DNA from: a virus
Taxonomy: Duplodnaviria > Heunggongvirae > Uroviricota > Caudoviricetes
IMG/VR virus record: IMGVR_UViG_2660238190_000007
Location: 1 to 4,893 of that record
Reading direction: 5' to 3' (one strand)
Length of the DNA stretch: 4,893 bases
The first letter of the stretch is position 1. Each line of letters begins with the position of its first letter. The translations under genes and the position numbers were made by a program. The notes under the pieces were generated by a model, which saw only the letters and a list, made by a program, of their open reading frames with translations, was not told where the DNA came from and made no database searches. This document shows positions 1 to 4,893 of this stretch, in pieces.

Positions 1-546
1 ATGGAAGTCAACAAAAAGCAGCTGGCTGACATTTTCGGTGCGAGTATCCGTACCATTCAGAACTGGCAGGAACAGGGAATGCCCGTTCTGCGAGGCGGTG
101 GCAAGGGTAATGAGGTGCTTTATGATTCTGCCGCCGTCATAAAATGGTATGCCGAAAGGGATGCTGAAATTGAGAACGAAAAGCTGCGCCGGGAAGTTGA
201 AGAACTGCGGCAGGCCAGCGAGACAGATCTCCAGCCAGGGACTATTGAGTACGAACGCCATCGACTTACGCGTGCGCAGGCCGACGCACAGGAGCTGAAA
301 AATGCCAGAGACTCCGCTGAAGTGGTGGAAACCGCATTCTGTACTTTCGTGCTGTCGCGGATCGCAGGTGAAATTGCCAGTATTCTCGACGGGATCCCCC
401 TGTCGGTGCAGCGGCGTTTTCCGGAACTGGAAAACCGACATGTTGATTTCCTGAAACGGGATATCATCAAAGCCATGAACAAAGCAGCCGCGCTGGATGA
501 ACTGATACCGGGGTTGCTGAGTGAATATATCGAACAGTCAGGTTAA
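1..546 (+). CDS. nu1: Terminase small subunit (lambda gpNu1-like), apparently full length at 181 aa
   Basis: Complete ORF from ATG at 1 to TAA at 544-546. The translation (MEVNKKQLADIFGASIRTIQNWQEQGMPVLRGG...) matches lambda gpNu1 from memory along its whole length with only scattered substitutions. The N-terminal helix-turn-helix-like segment (QLADIFGASIRTIQNWQ) fits the cosB-binding domain. The 3' end overlaps the A start by 26 nt, as in lambda. Confidence 0.93.
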   Translation: MEVNKKQLADIFGASIRTIQNWQEQGMPVLRGGGKGNEVLYDSAAVIKWYAERDAEIENEKLRREVEELRQASETDLQPGTIEYERHRLTRAQADAQELKNARDSAEVVETAFCTFVLSRIAGEIASILDGIPLSVQRRFPELENRHVDFLKRDIIKAMNKAAALDELIPGLLSEYIEQSG

Positions 547-877
547 CAGGCTGCGGCATTTTGTCCGCGCCGGGCTTCGCTCACTGTTCAGGCCGGAGCC
601 ACAGACCGCCGTTGAATGGGCGGATGCCAATTACTATCTCCCGAAAGAATCCGCATACCAGGAAGGGCGCTGGGAAACACTGCCCTTTCAGCGGGCCATC
701 ATGAATGCGATGGGCAGCGACTACATCCGCGAGGTGAATGTGGTGAAGTCTGCCCGTGTTGGTTATTCCAAAATGCTGTTGGGTGTTTATGCCTACTTCA
801 TAGAGCATAAGCAGCGCAACACACTTATCTGGTTTTCTTTTGTGCGCTTGCAGGCCAGCTTGGGATCAGCCGCCTGA
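521..877 (+). pseudogene. A: Terminase large subunit (lambda gpA-like) N-terminal fragment: about 104 native codons followed by 14 out-of-frame codons and a stop
   Basis: Translation MNISNSQVNRLRHFVRAGLRSLFRPEPQTAVEW...EHKQRNTLIW matches the lambda gpA N-terminus from memory. After the W codon at 830-832 the reading continues as FSFVRLQASLGSAA and stops at TGA 875-877. The DNA beyond 832 is C-gene sequence read in the wrong frame. Lambda gpA is about 641 aa, so the ATPase and nuclease regions are missing. Confidence 0.85.
831..834. other. Deletion junction 1: A codon 104 joined to the interior of C (about lambda C codon 29) at a shared GGTT
   Basis: Left of the junction reads as lambda A (...ACACTTATCTGGTT). 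Right of it reads as lambda C (GGTTTTCTTTTGTGCGCTTGCAGGCCAGCTTGGGATCAG = ...VFFCALAGQLGIS). GGTT is common to both parental sequences as I recall them. The join is out of frame: A is in frame 2 and C in frame 1. Confidence 0.75.
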
Positions 878-981
878 CGGATGCAGTATCCGGCGACAGC
901 CTGACTGCCGGAGAGGCACCCGCGGCGCTGGCGTTATCCGGTGATGATGACGGACCACGACAGGCCCGCAGTTATCAGGTC

Positions 982-2067
982 ATGAACGGCATCGCCGTGC
1001 TGCCGGTGTCCGGTACGCTGGTCAGCCGGACGCGGGCGCTGCAGCCGTATTCGGGAATGACCGGTTACAACGGCATTATCGCCCGTCTGCAACAGGCTGC
1101 CAGCGATCCGATGGTGGACGGCATTCTGCTGGATATGGACACACCGGGCGGGATGGTGGCGGGAGCATTTGACTGTGCTGACATCATCGCCCGTGTGCGA
1201 GACATAAAACCGGTATGGGCGCTGGCCAACGACATGAACTGCAGTGCAGGTCAGCTGCTTGCCAGCGCCGCCTCCCGGCGTCTGGTCACGCAGACCGCCC
1301 GGACAGGCTCCATCGGCGTCATGATGGCTCACAGTAATTACGGTGCTGCGCTGGAGAAACAGGGCGTGGAAATCACGCTGATTTACAGCGGCAGCCATAA
1401 GGTGGATGGCAACCCCTACAGCCATCTACCGGATGAGGTCCGGGAAACACTGCAGTCCCGGATGGATGCAACCCGCCGGATGTTTGCACAGAAGGTGTCG
1501 GCATATACCGGCCTGTCCGTGCAGGCTGTGCTGGATACCGAGGCTGCAGTGTACAGCGGTCAGGAGGCCATTGATGCCGGACTGGCTGATGAACTTGTGA
1601 ACAGTACCGATGCGATCACCGTCATGCGTGATGCACTGGATGCACGTAAATCCCGTCTCTCAGGAGGGCGAATGACCAAAGAGACTCAATCAACAACTGT
1701 TTCAGCCACTGCTTCGCAGGCTGACGTTACTGGCGTGGTGCAAGCGACGGAGGGCGAGAACGCCAGCGCTGCGCAGCCGGACGTGAACGCGCAGATCACC
1801 GCAGCGGTTGCGGCAGAAAACAGTCGCATTATGGGGATCCTCAACTGTGAGGAGGCTCACGGACGCGAAGAACAGGCATGCGTGCTGGCCGAAACCCCCG
1901 GTATGACCGTGGAAACGGCCCGCCGTATTCTGGCCGCAGCACCACAGAGTGCACAGGCGCGCAGTGACACTGCGCTGGATCGTCTGATGCAGGGGGCACC
2001 GGCACCGCTGGCTGCAGGTAACCCGGCATCTGATGCCGTTAACGATTTGCTGAACACACCAGTGTAA
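982..2067 (+). CDS. C: Prohead protease / minor capsid protein C (lambda gpC-like, S49 peptidase family), N-terminally truncated; 361 aa from the first in-frame ATG
   Basis: The frame is open from 811 and C-homologous from 832 (lambda residue about 29), but has no ATG, GTG or TTG before 982 (about lambda Met79). Translation MNGIAVLPVSGTLVSRTRALQPYSGMTGYNGIIARLQQAASDPMVDGILLDMDTPGGMVAG... matches lambda gpC from memory. Stop is TAA at 2065-2067. The native start and about 28 N-terminal codons were lost to deletion junction 1. Confidence 0.8.
   Translation: MNGIAVLPVSGTLVSRTRALQPYSGMTGYNGIIARLQQAASDPMVDGILLDMDTPGGMVAGAFDCADIIARVRDIKPVWALANDMNCSAGQLLASAASRRLVTQTARTGSIGVMMAHSNYGAALEKQGVEITLIYSGSHKVDGNPYSHLPDEVRETLQSRMDATRRMFAQKVSAYTGLSVQAVLDTEAAVYSGQEAIDAGLADELVNSTDAITVMRDALDARKSRLSGGRMTKETQSTTVSATASQADVTGVVQATEGENASAAQPDVNAQITAAVAAENSRIMGILNCEEAHGREEQACVLAETPGMTVETARRILAAAPQSAQARSDTALDRLMQGAPAPLAAGNPASDAVNDLLNTPV
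1672..2067 (+). CDS. nu3: Scaffolding protein Nu3 (131 aa), translated from an internal in-frame start within C
   Basis: In-frame ATG at 1672 preceded by AGGAGG at 1662-1667. Translation MTKETQSTTVSATASQADVTG...NDLLNTPV matches lambda gpNu3 from memory. The nested C/Nu3 arrangement is the established lambda organisation. Confidence 0.75.
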   Translation: MTKETQSTTVSATASQADVTGVVQATEGENASAAQPDVNAQITAAVAAENSRIMGILNCEEAHGREEQACVLAETPGMTVETARRILAAAPQSAQARSDTALDRLMQGAPAPLAAGNPASDAVNDLLNTPV

Positions 2068-2076
2068 GGGATGTTT

Positions 2077-2409
2077 ATGACGAGCAAAGAAACCTTTACC
2101 CATTACCAGCCGCTGGGCAACAGTGACCCGGCTCATACCGCAACCGCGCCCGGCGGATTGAGTGCGAAAGCGCCTGCAATGACCCCGCTGATGCCGGACA
2201 CCTCCACCCGTAAGCTGGTTGCGTGGGATGGCACCACCGACGGTGCTGCCGTTGGCATTCTTGCGGTTGCTGCTGACCAGACCAGCACCACACTGACGTT
2301 CTACAAGTCCGGCACGTTCCGTTATGAGGATGTGCTCTGGCCGGAGGCTGCCAGCGACGAGACGAAAAAACGGACCGCGTTTGCCGGAACGGCAATCAGC
2401 ATCGTTTAA
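2077..2409 (+). CDS. D: Head decoration protein D (lambda gpD-like), 110 aa, apparently intact
   Basis: ATG at 2077 with AAGGG at 2066-2070 about 6 nt upstream. Translation [27 protein letters not shown]...[12 protein letters not shown] matches lambda gpD from memory with a few substitutions. Stop is TAA at 2407-2409. The upstream ATG at 2071 would add MF, but lambda gpD begins MTSKE. Confidence 0.93.
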   Translation: MTSKETFTHYQPLGNSDPAHTATAPGGLSAKAPAMTPLMPDTSTRKLVAWDGTTDGAAVGILAVAADQTSTTLTFYKSGTFRYEDVLWPEAASDETKKRTAFAGTAISIV

Positions 2410-2426
2410 CCTGACCCTTCATCACT

Positions 2427-2451
2427 AAAGGCCGCCTGTGCGGCTTTTTTT
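2427..2451 (+). terminator. GC-rich hairpin followed by a T-tract in the D-E intergenic region (intrinsic-terminator-like)
   Basis: AAAGGCCGC-CTGT-GCGGCTTT forms a stem GCCGC/GCGGC (2431-2435 with 2440-2444), extendable by flanking A-T and G-U pairs, followed by TTTTTTT at 2445-2451. A second T-run at 2458-2464 lies just before the E start codon. Confidence 0.5.
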
Positions 2452-2464
2452 ACGGGATTTTTTT

Positions 2465-4318
2465 ATGTCGATGTACACAACCGCCCAGCTGCTGGCGGCA
2501 AATGAGCAGAAATTTAAGTTTGATCCGCTGTTTCTGCGTCTCTTTTTCCGTGAGAGCTATCCCTTCACTACGGAGAAAGTCTATCTCTCACAAATTCCGG
2601 GACTGGTAAACATGGCGCTGTACGTTTCGCCGATTGTTTCCGGTGAGGTTATCCGTTCCCGTGGCGGCTCCACCTCTGAATTTACGCCGGGATATGTCAA
2701 ACCCAAGCATGAGGTGAATCCGCAGATGACCCTGCGTCGCCTGCCGGATGAAGATCCGCAGAATCTGGCGGACCCGGCTTACCGCCGCCGTCGCATCATC
2801 ATGCAGAACATGCGTGACGAAGAGCTGGCCATTGCTCAGGTCGAAGAGATGCAGGCAGTTTCTGCCGTGCTCAAGGGCAAATACACCATGACCGGTGAAG
2901 CCTTCGATCCGGTTGAGGTGGATACCGGAGCTTTGTGGAAGCGTACAGCCGTCGGATTAACGAATTTCGCCTGGATCAACACATCCGGCGATACATATGA
3001 TATTTACGTTGAGATTGGCAATTATGCGACGAGTGTAAATATCCATTGGGATTGTACTACAAATGCGTCAGTTTCTATTTATACCTCGCCAACATATTCA
3101 GCGAGTAAGCCTTCCAGCGTTACCGGTGGTGTTGTTTATACGATGTATAGCTCACATCAGAAACCTACACCATCAGATATTGGAGCGCTGCCAACGACTG
3201 GAGGGACTATTTCAGGTCCGTTGTCTGTTACTGATGGGATCACCGGGGCACTGAAGGGGAACGCCGATACCGCGACGAAACTTGCGGCAGCCCCAAAAAT
3301 TAACGGTGTTAAGTTTGATGGCTCGGCGGATATTAACCTCACGCCGGAAAATATTGGTGCATTTGCCCGACGTTCGACGGGGGCTTATGCGGATTCGGAT
3401 GGAGCCGTTCCCTGGAATGCCGAATCAGGCGCTTACAATGTCACCCGCTCTGGCAACAGCTATATTCTGGTTAACTTCTATACCGGAGTCGGAAGTTGCC
3501 GGACCTTGCAGATGAAGGCACATTACAGAAATGGAGGTCTGTTCTACCGTTCCTCAAGAGATGGCTATGGTTTTGAGGAAGACTGGGCAGAAGTTTATAC
3601 CTCGAAAAATCTTCCACCAGAAAGCTACCCAGTCGGCGCACCAATCCCGTGGCCATCAGATACCGTTCCGTCTGGTTATGCCCTGATGCAGGGGCAGACT
3701 TTTGACAAATCTGCTTACCCGAAACTTGCAGCCGCTTATCCGTCAGGTGTGATCCCTGATATGCGTGGCTGGACGATTAAGGGCAAACCTGCCAGTGGTC
3801 GGGCCGTATTGTCTCAGGAACAGGACGGCATTAAATCGCACACCCACAGCGCCAGCGTATCCAGTACGGATTTGGGGACGAAAAACACATCGTCGTTTGA
3901 TTACGGAACCAAATCCACGAATAACACCGGGGCGCATACCCATAGTATTAGCGGGACTGCAAATAGTGCCGGTGCGCACCAACACAAGAGTTCCGGTGCA
4001 TTTGGTGGCACGAACACGAGCATTTTCCCTAATGGTTATACCGCGATTTCAAATCTAAGCGCGGGGATTATGAGCACAACAAGCGGTAGTGGCCAGACTC
4101 GTAATGCAGGGAAGACATCATCAGATGGTGCTCATACCCACTCGCTGTCCGGCACTGCTGCAAGCGCAGGCGCACACGCACATACTGTCGGTATTGGTGC
4201 TCATACGCACTCCGTTGCGATTGGTTCACATGGACATACCATCACCGTTAACGCTGCTGGTAACGCGGAAAACACCGTCAAAAACATCGCATTTAACTAT
4301 ATTGTGAGGCTTGCGTAA
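2465..4318 (+). CDS. Chimeric ORF of 617 aa: N-terminal 153 aa of major capsid protein E fused in frame to a 464-aa side tail fibre C-terminal region (Stf-like)
   Basis: ATG at 2465 gives [34 protein letters not shown]...[14 protein letters not shown], which matches lambda gpE residues 1-153 from memory. From 2925 the sequence no longer resembles E and encodes a tail-fibre repeat ([39 protein letters not shown]) and a C-terminus resembling lambda Stf ([69 protein letters not shown]...[31 protein letters not shown]). Stop is TAA at 4316-4318. The upstream ATG at 2438 lies inside the terminator hairpin and is rejected as the start. Confidence 0.85.
   Translation: MSMYTTAQLLAANEQKFKFDPLFLRLFFRESYPFTTEKVYLSQIPGLVNMALYVSPIVSGEVIRSRGGSTSEFTPGYVKPKHEVNPQMTLRRLPDEDPQNLADPAYRRRRIIMQNMRDEELAIAQVEEMQAVSAVLKGKYTMTGEAFDPVEVDTGALWKRTAVGLTNFAWINTSGDTYDIYVEIGNYATSVNIHWDCTTNASVSIYTSPTYSASKPSSVTGGVVYTMYSSHQKPTPSDIGALPTTGGTISGPLSVTDGITGALKGNADTATKLAAAPKINGVKFDGSADINLTPENIGAFARRSTGAYADSDGAVPWNAESGAYNVTRSGNSYILVNFYTGVGSCRTLQMKAHYRNGGLFYRSSRDGYGFEEDWAEVYTSKNLPPESYPVGAPIPWPSDTVPSGYALMQGQTFDKSAYPKLAAAYPSGVIPDMRGWTIKGKPASGRAVLSQEQDGIKSHTHSASVSSTDLGTKNTSSFDYGTKSTNNTGAHTHSISGTANSAGAHQHKSSGAFGGTNTSIFPNGYTAISNLSAGIMSTTSGSGQTRNAGKTSSDGAHTHSLSGTAASAGAHAHTVGIGAHTHSVAIGSHGHTITVNAAGNAENTVKNIAFNYIVRLA
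2924..2925. other. Deletion junction 2: E codon 153 joined in frame to the tail-fibre interior
   Basis: The sequence follows lambda E through ...GTTGAGGTGGATA (to 2924). Lambda would continue TGGGCCGCAGTGAGG (MGRSEENN...), but the window continues CCGGAGCTTTGTGGAAG (TGALWKR...). The reading frame is preserved across the join. Confidence 0.75.
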
Positions 4319-4893
4319 TGGCATTCAGAATGAGTGAACAACCACGGACCATAAAAATTTATAATCTGCTGGCCGGAACTAATGAATTTATTGGTGAAGG
4401 TGACGCATATATTCCGCCTCATACAGGTCTGCCAGCAAACAGTACCGATATTGCACCGCCAGATATTCCGGCAGGCTTCGTGGCTGTTTTCAACAGTGAT
4501 GAGGCATCGTGGCATCTCGTTGAAGATCATCGGGGTAAAACGGTTTATGACGTGGCTTCCGGCGACGCGTTATTTATTTCTGAACTCGGTCCGTTACCGG
4601 AAAATGTTACCTGGTTATCGCCGGGAGGGGAATATCAGAAGTGGAACGGCACAGCCTGGGTGAAGGATACGGAAGCAGAAAAACTGTTCCGGATCCGGGA
4701 GGCGGAAGAAACAAAAAACAGCCTGATGCAGATAGCCAGTGAGCATATAGCGCCGCTTCAGGATGCTGTGGATCTGGAGATCGCAACGGAGGAAGAAACC
4801 TTGTTGCTGGAAGCCTGGAAAAAGTATCGGGTGTTGCTGAACCGTGTTGATACATCAACTGCACCGGATATTGAATGGCCAGCACTGCCGTAG
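4318..4893 (+). CDS. tfa: Tail fibre assembly chaperone Tfa (lambda gpTfa-like), 191 aa
   Basis: ATG at 4318 overlaps the stf stop as TAATG (4316-4320). Translation [79 protein letters not shown]... matches lambda Tfa from memory. Stop is TAG at 4891-4893. The last few codons differ from my recollection of lambda Tfa, which I think is slightly longer. Confidence 0.92.
   Translation: MAFRMSEQPRTIKIYNLLAGTNEFIGEGDAYIPPHTGLPANSTDIAPPDIPAGFVAVFNSDEASWHLVEDHRGKTVYDVASGDALFISELGPLPENVTWLSPGGEYQKWNGTAWVKDTEAEKLFRIREAEETKNSLMQIASEHIAPLQDAVDLEIATEEETLLLEAWKKYRVLLNRVDTSTAPDIEWPALP

Noticed and set aside
120-482. Minus-strand ORF of 120 aa antisense to nu1
   Set aside because: It lies entirely inside the well-supported nu1 coding region on the opposite strand. 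The product is Arg/Ser-rich and low-complexity, as expected for an antisense read of GC-rich coding DNA, and no start context was found.
581-808. Minus-strand ORF of 75 aa and plus-strand alternate-frame ORF (616-810) within the A fragment
   Set aside because: They overlap the conserved gpA N-terminal coding frame. They are alternate-frame or antisense artefacts with no recognisable protein similarity.
934-1425. Minus-strand ORF of 163 aa antisense to C
   Set aside because: It is antisense to the conserved protease coding frame, with an Arg/His/Gly-rich translation typical of spurious ORFs in GC-rich DNA.
2071-2076. Upstream ATG at 2071 as the D start (MFMTSKE...)
   Set aside because: Lambda gpD begins MTSKE. 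The AAGGG ribosome-binding site at 2066-2070 is too close to 2071 and well spaced for 2077.
1702-2136. Minus-strand ORFs (144, 76 and 62 aa) antisense to Nu3 and the D start, and a plus-strand alternate-frame ORF at 1406-1600
   Set aside because: They overlap strongly supported + strand genes and are Cys/Arg-rich with no known similarity. They are most likely not coding.
2096-2395. Minus-strand ORF of 99 aa antisense to D
   Set aside because: It lies wholly inside the D coding region on the opposite strand and has spurious composition.
2438-2464. Upstream ATG at 2438 as the start of the E-derived ORF ([15 protein letters not shown]...)
   Set aside because: This ATG lies within the terminator-like hairpin and T-tract. 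Lambda gpE begins MSMYTTAQ, which corresponds to the ATG at 2465.
3839-4237. Possibility that the repeated His-x-His region is a DNA-level tandem repeat or CRISPR-like array
   Set aside because: The repetition is at the protein-motif level with degenerate codons and irregular spacing. There are no exact direct repeats with unique spacers at the nucleotide level.
3063-4307. Alternate-frame and antisense ORFs within the fibre region (3063-3254, 3157-3342, 3282-3515, 3471-3656, 3743-3985, 3765-4058, 4089-4307)
   Set aside because: All are embedded in the tail-fibre reading frame, which has clear repeat and tip-domain signatures. They have no independent support and show low-complexity translations.
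4297-4885. ORFs overlapping tfa (4297-4530 minus, 4382-4663 plus alternate frame, 4607-4885 minus)
   Set aside because: They overlap the conserved tfa frame and have no recognisable similarity.
1-4893. Possibility that the window encodes a defence system, toxin-antitoxin pair or other novel operon
   Set aside because: Every substantial ORF is explained by homology to lambda morphogenesis proteins. There are no unexplained ORFs, nuclease, ATPase or other non-structural domains on which to build such a claim.

Overview
This window is a collapsed, lambda-like head and tail-fibre morphogenesis region on the + strand, most likely a degraded lambdoid prophage remnant rather than a new system. All calls rest on reading the translations against remembered phage lambda proteins; no alignment or database search was run. 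Gene order is nu1, A' (N-terminal stub), 'C with nested Nu3, D, an in-frame E'::'stf chimera, then tfa. Two deletion scars explain the layout: one near 831-834 joins the start of terminase large subunit A to the interior of protease C out of frame, and one near 2924/2925 joins codon 153 of major capsid protein E in frame to the distal part of a side tail fibre. By lambda gene order, most of A, W, B, the C start, the E C-terminus and the whole tail cluster through J and lom are absent. Nu1, Nu3, D and Tfa look intact. No rRNA, tRNA, CRISPR, IS element or recognisable defence genes were seen. The minus-strand ORFs are antisense to conserved phage genes and look spurious. The window begins at the nu1 ATG and ends at the tfa stop, so cos, attachment sites and chromosomal context cannot be assessed.
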